Source: Chitinophagales bacterium
GTDB lineage: Bacteria > Bacteroidota > Bacteroidia > Chitinophagales > UBA10324
Assembly: GCA_019694975.1 (NCBI GenBank)
Contig: JAIBAY010000001.1
Coordinates: 128,732-192,731 of the forward strand
Reading direction: 5' to 3'
DNA: 64,000 nt
A model generated the notes under the pieces. The model worked only from the letters and a program-made list of their open reading frames with translations. It was not told the DNA's origin and did not search any database. Shown piece after piece: positions 9,163 through 19,207 of this stretch. The translations under genes were made by a program, and so were the position numbers. How positions within the stretch are numbered: position 1 is the first letter of the stretch; the number at the start of each line of letters is the position of its first letter.

Positions 9163-10464
9163 ATGTCAAAACCAAAACGCATCCCTAACCTCGTTTATTC
9201 GGATGGCAACGGACAGATCAGCGATGATCCGGCGTTGCTGATGTCGGGCCGTTCCGGTTTTGATGCCGTTGCATTAACAGTTGATGATTTTATTGAATTG
9301 CCCGAAGGCAGTGATCTTTTTGAATTACCTGGCCGTGTACCGATTGGGTTTAACAAAAAAACAGGCGCACTTACCTTTTGCGATAAAGGTGTTGCTGTGG
9401 CGGCACAAATGGCTCCGGCGCATACACAGCTTTACCTCTCGAGTTATGTGAAAGAAAACAACGATGCACCAACGCTTCCGCTATTTGCTTATACCGCTGT
9501 CGGCTGGCTCGATGGCAAATACTATGTTCCGGCTGTACGGATTGACGCTGATATCCGGCAGGAACCAAAAGGATTTAATCACTTGCTGGTGGAAGAAGGC
9601 GTTAAGCAGCTGACTGCGAAATTTCCCGGTAACAGGCTGTTGCGGCACATAGGAAACAATTGTGCGCTGACTTATTTCTGCCCTGCAGCGCGGAATTTCT
9701 TCCTCAACAGGTTTGAAGCACCTGTTCCTACCTCACCTGCCTGCAATGCCAACTGCATTGGCTGTATTTCCTTTCAACCTGAAGAAGAGAGCATTCAGAG
9801 CACACAGGAACGTTTAACATTTAAGCCGACAGCAAAGGAAATTTCCGAGTACACAATAGATCATCTCGAAAATGCTCCACGCCCCATCATTAGTTTTGGA
9901 CAGGGTTGTGAAGGCGAACCATTGCTGATGTGGGAAACCATCCGCGATTCCATCCGCGCGATCCGGAAAAAAACACAAAAAGGCAGCATCAACATCAACA
10001 CGAATGGCAGCATGCCGGACGCTGTTGAGCAACTTTGCAAAGCAGGACTGAACAGCATTCGCGTAAGCACCAACAGCGTCAGGAAGCATATCTATGAAGC
10101 ATATTACCTTCCGAACAATTATTCATTTGAAGCCCTTGCAGAGTCGATTAAAGTGGTGCGCAGGTACAATGGCTGGGCTTCAGTCAACTATTTTGTTTTT
10201 CCGGGCATGACAGACAGCCGAGAAGAATATGAATCGCTCCGTCAATTTATCCGCGACACGGATCTGAATATGATTCAATGGCGGAATTTCAATATTGATC
10301 CCGACTGGTACCTTGAACGAATTGGCATCAGCGATACCGGAGAAGTTTTGGGTGTAAAAAAGGTAATGGATCTGATCAAGGAAGAATTTCCTCACATAAC
10401 CTACGGTTACTTTAATCCTCCTATGGAAGTAATGAAAGAACACCAGAAAGCACTTACTGTTTAA
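9163..10464 (+). CDS. radical SAM protein with a roughly 190-aa uncharacterised N-terminal domain
   Basis: 433 aa. The CxxxCxxC motif is CNANCIGC, followed by SFGQGCEGEPLL (a SAM-binding GGE-like motif). Confidence 0.75.
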   Translation: MSKPKRIPNLVYSDGNGQISDDPALLMSGRSGFDAVALTVDDFIELPEGSDLFELPGRVPIGFNKKTGALTFCDKGVAVAAQMAPAHTQLYLSSYVKENNDAPTLPLFAYTAVGWLDGKYYVPAVRIDADIRQEPKGFNHLLVEEGVKQLTAKFPGNRLLRHIGNNCALTYFCPAARNFFLNRFEAPVPTSPACNANCIGCISFQPEEESIQSTQERLTFKPTAKEISEYTIDHLENAPRPIISFGQGCEGEPLLMWETIRDSIRAIRKKTQKGSININTNGSMPDAVEQLCKAGLNSIRVSTNSVRKHIYEAYYLPNNYSFEALAESIKVVRRYNGWASVNYFVFPGMTDSREEYESLRQFIRDTDLNMIQWRNFNIDPDWYLERIGISDTGEVLGVKKVMDLIKEEFPHITYGYFNPPMEVMKEHQKALTV

Positions 10465-10521
10465 GGCCTGAATAATTCTATGTGCAAAGTAATGCGGTGA
10501 AGTGTTTGCTCACTTTATCAT

Positions 10522-10552
10522 AAGCCGGTTCAGTACTTCTTCAAACCGGCTT
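10522..10552. terminator. 9-bp perfect hairpin between convergent genes (possible bidirectional terminator, no clear U-tract)
   Basis: AAGCCGGTT-13 nt-AACCGGCTT lies between the radical SAM stop (10464) and the DUF255 gene stop (10561). Confidence 0.3.
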
Positions 10553-10560
10553 CAACTGCT

Positions 10561-12708
10561 TTAATTTTTCTTTATCTGCTTAACGGCATCTTCCACGTTT
10601 TTGACCGGTAAACGGCATGACTTGTTCACGCACACATAAATCAAGGTTTCATCCTTTACATATTTATGCTCCAGCAATGGCAAGGTGCTTTCTCCCAAAC
10701 TGCCAGATAACATAATATCAGGCAGATAATATTTACCAAATTCAATCCTTCTGTTTACCGCATCTTTCCCTATCACAGCAACTTCGTAGAAAGGAGCAGC
10801 ATAGTTCATCAGCAGCATACACCAATTAGCGTAACTGCTTCCCCATTTCACCACGCTTCCCTGCATAGTGTGCATCATTTGGGCAGCAATGCCCAGGTAT
10901 TGCTGGCTATCAAAGTAATTGCCCAGCAGGAAAAGATTATGCGCCATTACTGAATTGGAGGAAGGAATCACATTATCCTGCAACTCCATCTTTCGCGCAA
11001 TCAGGGCGGCATCAACATCAGAGGTAAACCAGAACATGCCGGTACCCTCTTTCGCATCATAAAAATGAATGACCGCATAATCCGTTAGCTGCCGTGCCTT
11101 TTCCAGCCATTGCAGATCAAAAGTTGCTTCGTATAGAGCTATGCATGCATCGATTACAAATGCATAGTCTTCCAAAAAACCGTTGATGGAAGAAGTTCCG
11201 TTTTTATAACTGTGCTGCAAGCCGCCATCAGGCCGTAACTGCCTGCTAAAAATGAACTGCGCATTGCGAACCGCTGCTGCCAGAAATCGTGGCTCATCAA
11301 AAGTTGTATAAGCATCCACATATCCGCGCACCATCATAGCATTCCAGGAAGTTAGCGTTTTATCATCCAGCCCGGGATGAATGCGTTGTTCGCGCACTGC
11401 CAGCAATCTTTGTTTCATCACCTGCAGCTTATTGTTCAATGCTTCTTCACGCATACCAAAGGTTGCCGCCACATGCTGATCAGATTCTTTCCGCAGCAGA
11501 ATATAATGATCATCCTCCCATAGTCCGTTTTCATTCACGTTGTAATATGCCGCGAATATTGGAAAGTCATTTTGCAGTATGCTTTGCAATTCTTCTTTCG
11601 TCCATATATAATATTTGCCTTCCTTCCCTTCAGCATCGGCATCAAGCGCCGAATAAAATGCACCTTCATCCGTAGTCATTTCACGGTTGATCCACTCCAG
11701 CGTCTCGTAAACAACTGACTTGTATAGCGGATCAGCATTTTCACGGTACGCATTACAATAAAGCGAAATTAACTGTGCATTATCGTACAGCATCTTTTCA
11801 AAGTGTGGTACTTTCCATAATGAATCAACCGAATAGCGTGAAAAACCACCGCCCAGGTGATCATAGATGCCGCCAAATGCCATCTTCTTTAAGGTTAGAT
11901 CAACCTGCTTTTTTACGGAAACATCAACGTTTGCCACAGCGTACCGGAGCAGGAACTGATAGTTGTTGGGCAGCGGGAACTTGGGTGCATGCGATGGCCC
12001 GCCATCCACTTCATCAAAATATGGCCGCCATCGCTCGACGGTTTCATCAATTGTTTTGTAACTGAATTCAACCGGCTCTGCATTTAATTTGATCAGATCA
12101 CTTTGCTGAATTCCGGCTGTTAGTTTCTCTGCATAATCATCAGCCTTATGAGGGTCATTCTTGTAAAGATCGGCAAGATTCAGGAGTACATTCTGCCACT
12201 GCTTGCGTGGAAAATAAGTGCCGCCGTAAATAGGCCGTCCATCAGGCAATGCAATACAGTTGAGCGGCCAGCCTCCACTGCCTGTCATCAGCTGAACAGC
12301 ATTCATATACACCTGGTCAATATCCGGGCGCTCTTCACGATCCACTTTTATACAGACAAAATTTTCATTCATTATTTTCGCCGTTCCAGTATCTTCAAAA
12401 GACTCATGCTCCATCACGTGGCACCAGTGACAGGCGGAATAGCCGATGCTGATGATCAATAACTTATTTTCGGATTTGGCCTTATCCAATGCTGCTTCAC
12501 CCCAGGGATACCAGTTTACCGGATTGTGTGCATGCTGCAACAGATACGGACTGCTTTCATGGATGAGTTGGTTGGTGTAGGCATTTTTAATCTCCTGATT
12601 TGACTCCATCTTATCTGATTTGCTTGAAGGAATGTTATTGCCTGACTGTCGCAGACAGGAGGTTACCACCAACCCTGCACACAGCAGCCATGTATAGTTG
12701 AATTTCAT
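10561..12708 (-). CDS. thioredoxin-domain protein, DUF255/YyaL family (thioredoxin + six-hairpin glycosidase-like domain), lipoprotein signal
   Basis: 715 aa. The family N-terminal block is [43 protein letters not shown]. The leader ends with the lipobox-like VVTSC. Confidence 0.85.
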   Translation of the reverse strand: MKFNYTWLLCAGLVVTSCLRQSGNNIPSSKSDKMESNQEIKNAYTNQLIHESSPYLLQHAHNPVNWYPWGEAALDKAKSENKLLIISIGYSACHWCHVMEHESFEDTGTAKIMNENFVCIKVDREERPDIDQVYMNAVQLMTGSGGWPLNCIALPDGRPIYGGTYFPRKQWQNVLLNLADLYKNDPHKADDYAEKLTAGIQQSDLIKLNAEPVEFSYKTIDETVERWRPYFDEVDGGPSHAPKFPLPNNYQFLLRYAVANVDVSVKKQVDLTLKKMAFGGIYDHLGGGFSRYSVDSLWKVPHFEKMLYDNAQLISLYCNAYRENADPLYKSVVYETLEWINREMTTDEGAFYSALDADAEGKEGKYYIWTKEELQSILQNDFPIFAAYYNVNENGLWEDDHYILLRKESDQHVAATFGMREEALNNKLQVMKQRLLAVREQRIHPGLDDKTLTSWNAMMVRGYVDAYTTFDEPRFLAAAVRNAQFIFSRQLRPDGGLQHSYKNGTSSINGFLEDYAFVIDACIALYEATFDLQWLEKARQLTDYAVIHFYDAKEGTGMFWFTSDVDAALIARKMELQDNVIPSSNSVMAHNLFLLGNYFDSQQYLGIAAQMMHTMQGSVVKWGSSYANWCMLLMNYAAPFYEVAVIGKDAVNRRIEFGKYYLPDIMLSGSLGESTLPLLEHKYVKDETLIYVCVNKSCRLPVKNVEDAVKQIKKN

Positions 12709-12787
12709 TTATCTTATCATTAGCCAACTACCCGGCAATGGCGCGTGAAACACATCCATCATTTTGCCTGGAGCAGTTTGCGGGCTG

Positions 12788-13684
12788 CTAATGCAGCGGC
12801 CGTTTTTTAACCATACCACCTCTCGTATCACTGATTGCCTGTTGAATAATAAATGCATGCCGGTCCACCTTCTCCACCTCATTTTTCAGCTTCTGCACCT
12901 CCAGCCGCGTAATGACGGTAAAAATAATATCCAGGTGAAGGTCATGATGATGATGACTGCCAAAACCCCTTTTTCCATTATAGATCGTTACGCCACGGCC
13001 GAGCTTTTGAATTACTACCTTACGGATGGCTTCACTGTGCTCAGATATAATGGTTACACCGGTATATTCTTCAATACCGGTAATAATAAAATCCACCGTC
13101 TTACCTGCTGCCAGGTAGGTGAGCATGGCATACATGGCTGTTTCAATATCGATCAGCAATGCTGAGGTACTGAAGAGCAATAAATTGAAAATCATGATCA
13201 CATCACCGACAGACAACGTTGATTTTTTACTGATATAAATGGCAAGTACTTCAGTGCCGTCAATCACCGCACCACCACGAATGCAAAGGCCAATACCGGC
13301 CCCCAGGAAAAAACCACCGAAAACAGAGACCAGCAATGGATCAAAAGTTACTTCAGGAAAAGGAACTAAAGCAAGCACGATAGCAAGCCCGGCAATGGCA
13401 GCCATTGTTTTAAATGCGAATAAGACCGACACCTGCTGATAGCCCAACAGGATGAAGGGTATATTGATGGTAAGAATCAATATCGGGAGCTGGATACCAA
13501 ACATACGATTCAACAGCAATGAGATTCCCGTTACGCCGCCATCGAGGAATCCGGAAGGCAGCAAAAATCCTTTAAGCCCCAATGCTGCGGAAAAAACTCC
13601 CAGCACGATGATGGTAGTCTGTCCAATATATTTCCACAAGAAAATTCTGTTGAGCAGGAGATTGCGGGTTTGGGATTTATTCAT
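12788..13684 (-). CDS. YitT-family membrane protein (with DUF2179 C-terminal domain)
   Basis: 298 aa with multi-TM N-terminal repeats and a soluble C-terminal domain, as is typical of the YitT family. Confidence 0.7.
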   Translation of the reverse strand: MNKSQTRNLLLNRIFLWKYIGQTTIIVLGVFSAALGLKGFLLPSGFLDGGVTGISLLLNRMFGIQLPILILTINIPFILLGYQQVSVLFAFKTMAAIAGLAIVLALVPFPEVTFDPLLVSVFGGFFLGAGIGLCIRGGAVIDGTEVLAIYISKKSTLSVGDVIMIFNLLLFSTSALLIDIETAMYAMLTYLAAGKTVDFIITGIEEYTGVTIISEHSEAIRKVVIQKLGRGVTIYNGKRGFGSHHHHDLHLDIIFTVITRLEVQKLKNEVEKVDRHAFIIQQAISDTRGGMVKKRPLH

Positions 13685-13784
13685 GACCGTCAGATTTTAT
13701 CGGAAGTTATCCGGCAAGAATATGCATTACATGACAAATCATGGAATAAAATTATTTTTGCAGCCGGTTTCAATACGATTCTCC

Positions 13785-13856
13785 GGCCCCGTAGTTCAAT
13801 GGATAGAACGGAAGTTTCCTAAACTTTAAATGCAGGTTCGATTCCTGCCGGGGCTA
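13785..13856 (+). tRNA. tRNA-Arg (anticodon CCT)
   Basis: Hand-folded cloverleaf. Acceptor GGCCCCG/CGGGGCT; D arm GTTC..GAAC; anticodon stem GAAGT/ACTTT with loop TTCCTAA; T arm GCAGG-TTCGATT-CCTGC; 72 nt. Confidence 0.9.
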
Positions 13857-14035
13857 CAGGTTTCGTTCATGGCAGGCATCAGGTATCAATGCGCAAAAAC
13901 GCAGCAATGCAGTGCTGCAGCAAGCATATGCTTCCCGGCAGGCTTGTTCTTCAAATATTGGTGCGGCTTATATAAATGGCCATTCCGCAGATTCAGTGGT
14001 TGCCATATGCTTAACTTCGCGCGATAGCCCTTCAC

Positions 14036-14659
14036 TTGCCAGCCAATTTCAATCATATTGCGCCTTATTATGATGGACTCGCTAAAATTATATTTGGCAA
14101 TAAATTACAGGCGGCGAAAAAAGTATTCCTGCATAAGATACCTGCCGGCGGATCAGTTTTATTAATGGGCGAAGGAACGGGAACCTTGTTGACGCACCTG
14201 TTGCGTATAGATCCGGCGCTCAACATGGACTACATTGATCCCTCCATTAAAATGCTGGAGCTTGCCAGAAAAAAAATACGGGCTGAATATGTTGATCAGG
14301 TTCAATTTATAGCCGGAACGCACCAAAGCATTCCACCTCAAAAAAAATATGATGCCGTATTGGCTTTCTTTGTGATCGACTGCATGCAGCAACAGGAGGC
14401 CATGGAATTCGTGCATTCGCTGACTGTTGTATTAAAACAAGATGGCTGTTTGCTTATGGCTGATTTCTTCCTTCCGCGAAATCTTTATCAACAGCTGCTT
14501 TTATGGCTGATGTACAGGTTTTTCAGTGTAGTTGCAGCAATTAATACGACAAGTTTGCCGGAGTATGATAGTTTATTCAATTCAATAGTATTGGCAGAAG
14601 AAGGAAGGCATAATTTCATGAAAGGATTCATACAATCACGGTACTATCGAAAAAGATAA
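14036..14659 (+). CDS. class I SAM-dependent methyltransferase
   Basis: 207 aa with motif I LLMGEGTGTL. TTG is the only plausible start, because there is an in-frame stop at 14012. Confidence 0.6.
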   Translation: MPANFNHIAPYYDGLAKIIFGNKLQAAKKVFLHKIPAGGSVLLMGEGTGTLLTHLLRIDPALNMDYIDPSIKMLELARKKIRAEYVDQVQFIAGTHQSIPPQKKYDAVLAFFVIDCMQQQEAMEFVHSLTVVLKQDGCLLMADFFLPRNLYQQLLLWLMYRFFSVVAAINTTSLPEYDSLFNSIVLAEEGRHNFMKGFIQSRYYRKR

Positions 14660-14770
14660 AAGTGGTCAATTTGTTTTTCGCACATATCGCGCTGTTTACC
14701 ACAACTGTCCTTGCCATTAGCGGAATAGGAAACATTGAATATGGTCTAAACAGCTGTGATGATGGCCAGG

Positions 14771-15172
14771 TTACCAGGCAAGGTCAACAAACAAGCGGTC
14801 CTTACCATCAAATTCAGGCGCCTGTATTGAAAGCACTTTCATGGGTGTTGCAGAAGTAACTCTCAACGCATGCACAGTTTGGGGAGGTATGTAAATTAAA
14901 TCCCCCGCTTTAACTTCGATGGTCTTACCGCCAAGAAGCATTTTACCCGCACCTTCTAAAATAAATACATTTTCAGAATGCGTTGCATGCAGATGCGGTT
15001 TCACTTCCTGCTTAATCCAGATTACAAAACCGGAAACATTTGAATCAGATTGCAGTGGTTGCAGATAGATATTGTCATATGCACCACCGGGTAACAATGC
15101 GCCGGTTTCAGTATGTGTTTGTGCAGCTGCTCTGAAATTCATCAGCACCAAAACCGCAACCAGTAGCTTCAT
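14771..15172 (-). CDS. secreted cupin-domain protein
   Basis: Cupin motif region KPHLHATHSENVFILEGAG...GDLIYIPPQTVHAL. Start moved to MKLLVAVLVLMNFRAAAQ (signal peptide). Confidence 0.6.
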   Translation of the reverse strand: MKLLVAVLVLMNFRAAAQTHTETGALLPGGAYDNIYLQPLQSDSNVSGFVIWIKQEVKPHLHATHSENVFILEGAGKMLLGGKTIEVKAGDLIYIPPQTVHALRVTSATPMKVLSIQAPEFDGKDRLFVDLAW

Positions 15173-15261
15173 ATTTGCTCGTCGTTTATGGAAGATAAAA
15201 CGTAATGACCACCCGAATCCCAACGACTGAACTTTAGAAAATAATCTAACTGCTCATGCGC

Positions 15262-16509
15262 TCAGGCAACCTTCAGGTGGCGCAATTTAGATTTATCAAT
15301 CTTTTCTTGTGCCAGCTCAAGCGTAACAGTAAACTGCTTAATGTCCTTTTTAGAGGGAATGGTGAACATAATATCCGTCATGATGGCTTCGCATATCGAC
15401 CGCAATCCGCGTGCACCAAGCTTGTATTCAATAGCCTTCTCTACGATAAATTCCAATGCGGCATTTTCAAAGGTGAGTTGAACGCCTTCCAGTTCAAACA
15501 GTTTCTTATACTGCTTCACAAGGGCATTCTTCGGTTCGGTGAGGATACGCAACAGTGCATCTTTATCCAACGGCTCGAGATAGGTAACGATGGGAACGCG
15601 GCCAACCAGTTCAGGAATCAATCCGAATCCTTTTATGTCCTGTGGTGTAACGTATTGAATAAGGTTGCCGCGATCAACTTTATCACGTTCTTTATCCAGC
15701 TTATAACCGATGACGTGCGTTTTGTTGCGTTTGGCAATGATCTTATCAATGCCTTCAAAAGCGCCGCCACAGATAAACAGGATGTGTGTTGTATTCATCT
15801 TCACCATCTTCTGTTCAGGATGCTTTCTGCCACCCTGCGGAGGAACCAGCACATCAGTACCCTCCAGCAATTTCAGCAATCCCTGCTGCACGCCTTCGCC
15901 CGATACATCGCGCGTGATGGAAGGGTTATCATTCTTCCTGGCAATCTTATCAATCTCATCAATATAAATGATTCCTTTTTCAGCCGCCTGAATATTGTAA
16001 TCGCAAACCTGCAGCAGGCGGGTCAGTATGCTTTCCACGTCTTCCCCAACATACCCCGCTTCCGTAAATACCGTTGCGTCTACAATGGCGAATGGCACAT
16101 TGAGAAACCGCGCGATGGTTCGGGCCAGCAATGTTTTGCCCGTTCCCGTATCGCCCACCATCATGATGTTTGACTTCTCAATTTCCACATCATCCTTGCC
16201 AATCTGATCAAGCCGCTTATAATGGTTATACACAGCAACAGCCAACACTTTTTTCGCGTCTTCCTGTCCAATGATGTATTGGTCGAGAAATGTCTTAATC
16301 TCTTCCGGCGTCTTGTATTCCGGCGCTGTGGTCATTGTTGCACCATGCTTGCGCTCACCCAGTTCCTCTTCAATGATAGTGAGTGCCTGCTCCACACAGC
16401 TTTCACAGATGTACGCATCTTGTCCGGATATAAGGATAAGCGTATCTTCTTTGCGCTTTCCGCAAAACGAACATTTTTCAGCTGTCTTTTTCATATTGTT
16501 ATCTTTCAA
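15262..16509 (-). CDS. clpX: ATP-dependent Clp protease ATP-binding subunit ClpX
   Basis: 415 aa with an N-terminal zinc finger (CSFCGK...CESC), Walker A GDTGTGKT, and IYIDEIDKI. Confidence 0.95.
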   Translation of the reverse strand: MKDNNMKKTAEKCSFCGKRKEDTLILISGQDAYICESCVEQALTIIEEELGERKHGATMTTAPEYKTPEEIKTFLDQYIIGQEDAKKVLAVAVYNHYKRLDQIGKDDVEIEKSNIMMVGDTGTGKTLLARTIARFLNVPFAIVDATVFTEAGYVGEDVESILTRLLQVCDYNIQAAEKGIIYIDEIDKIARKNDNPSITRDVSGEGVQQGLLKLLEGTDVLVPPQGGRKHPEQKMVKMNTTHILFICGGAFEGIDKIIAKRNKTHVIGYKLDKERDKVDRGNLIQYVTPQDIKGFGLIPELVGRVPIVTYLEPLDKDALLRILTEPKNALVKQYKKLFELEGVQLTFENAALEFIVEKAIEYKLGARGLRSICEAIMTDIMFTIPSKKDIKQFTVTLELAQEKIDKSKLRHLKVA

Positions 16510-16583
16510 TGGCTCCTGTTTAACAGAGAATAAAATCCATCATTCCGTTGCATCTGAATGGAGGGGAATGGCGGTACCTCCTT

Positions 16584-17273
16584 TTACTTTTTATCTTTTT
16601 TGTCTTTTGTTCTGATCAGCACTTCATCAATCATACCATAGTCTTTGGCTTCTTCCGATTTCATCCAGTAGTCACGGTCTGAATCCTTTTCCACCCTTTC
16701 AATCGGCTGGCCTGTATGCAGGGCGATGATTTCATACAGTTCACGCTTCGTTTTCATTATTTCCTTGGCCATTATTTCGATATCACTGGCCTGGCCTTCC
16801 GCCCCGCCCATTGGCTGATGAATCATTACACGGCAATGTTTTAATCCGGTGCGGCTTCCTTTGCCGCCAGCACACAACAATACGGCCGCCATGGATGCAG
16901 CCATACCCGTACAAATGGTGGCCACATTCGGGTTGATATATTGCATGGTATCATAAATACCAAGTCCTGCATAAACAGATCCGCCAGGGCTGTTGATATA
17001 TATCTGGATATCGCGCTTTGAGTCTACGGAATCAAGGAATAACAGCTGAGCCTGAATCACGTTCGCCACGTAATCATTAATGGCTTCTCCCATAAAAATA
17101 ATCCGGTCCATCATAAGGCGTGAGAAAACATCCATGGATGCCACATTCATCGGACGCTCTTCGATAATGTAAGGAGTCAGCCCGGTAACAGATTTACGCA
17201 TATAATTTTCAAGATGCATCGTGTCCATGCCTTTGTGGCCCACTGCATACTTCATGAATTCATTTTGATACAT
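16584..17273 (-). CDS. clpP: ATP-dependent Clp protease proteolytic subunit ClpP
   Basis: 229 aa containing INSPGGSVYAGLGIYDTMQ and GMAASMAAVLL (catalytic Ser region). Confidence 0.95.
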   Translation of the reverse strand: MYQNEFMKYAVGHKGMDTMHLENYMRKSVTGLTPYIIEERPMNVASMDVFSRLMMDRIIFMGEAINDYVANVIQAQLLFLDSVDSKRDIQIYINSPGGSVYAGLGIYDTMQYINPNVATICTGMAASMAAVLLCAGGKGSRTGLKHCRVMIHQPMGGAEGQASDIEIMAKEIMKTKRELYEIIALHTGQPIERVEKDSDRDYWMKSEEAKDYGMIDEVLIRTKDKKDKK

Positions 17274-17291
17274 ATCGTTAGGTTTTAGATT

Positions 17292-18638
17292 TTAATGGTG
17301 AAAAAATTCGTGTTCACTAACGGGCTTTTCAACCGCTGTAATTTTGCTCTTCAACACTTCAAAGATTTTATCGTTCATTACCTGGTCTTGGATTCTTGCC
17401 AGATATTTTTCATCATTCAGGAGCGAATTGGCAAGCCTGTCCAGCGCTCCGGGATCATTCTCGAAAGCTGATGCGCCTCCGTAATAATTGGTAATATCCA
17501 ATTTAACCCTGGCACTTATTTCATCAGGAGTGATACTTATGTTGTTATCGCGTAAAAGCTTGTCGTGAATCAGGTCCCACTTAACCTGCTGCATGGCCTG
17601 CGCGATTTGCGCATCATTCAGTTCTTCTGTATCCGACTGCCGGTTGGAATTGATCAGCTTTCGGAGGAAATCAACCGGCAGGTTCATACTTGTTTCCGCC
17701 AGCAGGTAATCCTGTATCTGTCTTTCAAACCGCGTATTGGCAAACTTATCATACTCTTGTTTAAGATCGGAATGGACACGGGCCTTCCATTCTTCTTCTG
17801 AATGAACTACCGCTTCACCATACACCTTATTGAAAAAATCCTGGTCAGCAGCAGCTTTCTCAACATGACTGATATTGATCAGTGAAAAACGGAAGCGGTC
17901 ATGCATGTGTTCGGCTGTATGATGATCCGTTTTCAGAATATTATGAATGATCAACTCCATATTATTATCAAATGCCGTCTTAACAGACAGATCGGTACTC
18001 TCTTTCTTTTTCAGGTTTGTAAGCAATTGCCTGGATACCTCATCTTTTACCAACTTGATATTAAAAGAGGAGGTTGCATTTATTCCCCCATCCTTTATTT
18101 CACCATTTTCATCCAGTTCTTTCCATTCTCCGTATAGAATGTCATCTAGCCCAACTGTTTCCGGGTAACTCCGCTCACCGTGAATTGACCTGAGTCGTTC
18201 CATCTCTTCAGTAATCATTTCGTCGCTGATCTCAAGCACATGCCTGTCCATCGTCTTGCCATCGATCAACGGCAACTCAAATGGCGGAATCAGTCCCAGT
18301 TCAAATCCAAAATCATACGCCTGCAGCCGGTTCACATCAAATTGTTGCTGCCTGACTTCATAAGGAATCGGTTGACCCAGCACTTTCAGATCATGTTCCC
18401 TGATATACGCCAGCACTGAATCATTCAGCAACTTATCAAGTTGTTCGGCCAAAACTGAATTGCCATACATCTTCTTTGCTATGCCAACCGGCACCTTGCC
18501 GGGTCTGAAGCCGTTCACATTCATTTTTTTACTCAGCGACTTGATTTCTCCTTCCAGCTTCGTTGCATAATCTTCCGGAATAACATTTACCACCAGCTTC
18601 AGGTGGTTATCATTCATTTGTTCTTGTGTGATGTTCAC
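17292..18638 (-). CDS. tig: trigger factor
   Basis: Trigger-factor layout in the canonical tig-clpP-clpX order. Start moved to the GTG at 18638 (VNITQEQMND...), which matches the usual MNIT... N-terminus. The ORF-track GTG at 18674 lies inside a hairpin. Confidence 0.9.
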   Translation of the reverse strand: MNITQEQMNDNHLKLVVNVIPEDYATKLEGEIKSLSKKMNVNGFRPGKVPVGIAKKMYGNSVLAEQLDKLLNDSVLAYIREHDLKVLGQPIPYEVRQQQFDVNRLQAYDFGFELGLIPPFELPLIDGKTMDRHVLEISDEMITEEMERLRSIHGERSYPETVGLDDILYGEWKELDENGEIKDGGINATSSFNIKLVKDEVSRQLLTNLKKKESTDLSVKTAFDNNMELIIHNILKTDHHTAEHMHDRFRFSLINISHVEKAAADQDFFNKVYGEAVVHSEEEWKARVHSDLKQEYDKFANTRFERQIQDYLLAETSMNLPVDFLRKLINSNRQSDTEELNDAQIAQAMQQVKWDLIHDKLLRDNNISITPDEISARVKLDITNYYGGASAFENDPGALDRLANSLLNDEKYLARIQDQVMNDKIFEVLKSKITAVEKPVSEHEFFHH

Positions 18639-18858
18639 TTTTCTGGTTCTTGGTTTTAAGTATGAAATATTCACAGAAACCAGCTGATTTTAACCCCAGA
18701 CGTTTCTGTGAAAAAATAATTTTAAGTCTTAAAGACACGGGACTCAACCCCCCACGCCCTGCTCCATCCCGACTCGGCCGGGATGCGTCTGCCCATAATA
18801 CGGCACTGCTCGTTCCCATTTCGCTACATGCTGCCACAGCGTGCACCTCTCTTACTTG

Positions 18859-18940
18859 TGCGGATAAAGGGACTCGAACCCCCACGCCTTTCGGCACCAG
18901 ATCCTAAGTCTGGCGCGGCTACCAATTACGCCATATCCGC
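18859..18940 (-). tRNA. tRNA-Leu (anticodon TAG), type II with long variable arm
   Basis: The reverse complement folds as acceptor GCGGATA/TATCCGC, anticodon stem CCAGA/TCTGG with loop CTTAGGA, variable arm TGCCGAAAGGCGT and T arm GGGGG-TTCGAGT-CCCTT; 82 nt. Confidence 0.9.
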
Positions 18941-18981
18941 AAGTCACACCCATCTCATATCAAAGTTGTCACGGAAAGCCG

Positions 18982-18989
18982 CAAAGGTA
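18982..18989 (-). promoter_or_regulatory. -7 box TACCTTTG about 40 nt upstream of tRNA-Leu
   Basis: Exact TAnnTTTG match on the minus strand. Confidence 0.35.
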
Positions 18990-19077
18990 ATGATTTGTGG
19001 CTTGAATACGCGGTAAGGACGGAAGATGATGCCACCGGTTACAGTGCTGTAATTAGCGGGGAGATATAGATAAGAAT

Positions 19078-19202
19078 AAAAAAGCCGCTCAAGCGCTCCG
19101 GGGGGGGGGATTGTATCAGGACAAAACCGGAAAGTAAAACACCAAAAACTATCCGGAAGAGGGAGTGTGCTTGAGCGGCAATTCTTTAAATGAACTAAAT
19201 GA
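19078..19202 (-). ncRNA. candidate small RNA: predicted promoter, long hairpin closed by an 11-bp perfect inverted repeat, then T6
   Basis: On the minus strand the order is the -7 box TACTTTTG (19215-19208), then GCCGCTCAAGC (19179-19169), a 74-nt interior containing C10, GCTTGAGCGGC (19094-19084), then TTTTTT (19083-19078). There is no convincing ORF. Confidence 0.3.
19100..19109. repeat. homopolymeric G10 (C10 on the minus strand) tract
   Basis: Counted directly: 10 consecutive G in intergenic DNA. Confidence 0.95.
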
Positions 19203-19207
19203 TTACC

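Noticed and set aside
15256-16173. Long antisense ORFs. This one is 305 aa opposite clpX. Similar cases are 4006..4644, 22835..23347, 28218..28712, 52587..53081, 57213..57737 and 61075..61740.
   Set aside because: Each lies entirely opposite a strongly recognisable conserved gene and has a skewed low-complexity composition with no recognisable motif. They are typical shadow ORFs.
18735-18850. Possible small SRP RNA (ffs). The minus strand contains GGGAACGAGCAGUGCC and CGGGAUGGAGCAGGGC, loosely reminiscent of the E. coli 4.5S segments GGAAGGAAGCAGCC and CCGGGAUGUAGCUGGCAGGGC.
   Set aside because: The 5' and 3' halves are not complementary as a 4.5S-type long hairpin requires. The 5' side of the conserved helix-8 loop motif is also missing. 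I kept it only as something to test with a covariance model.
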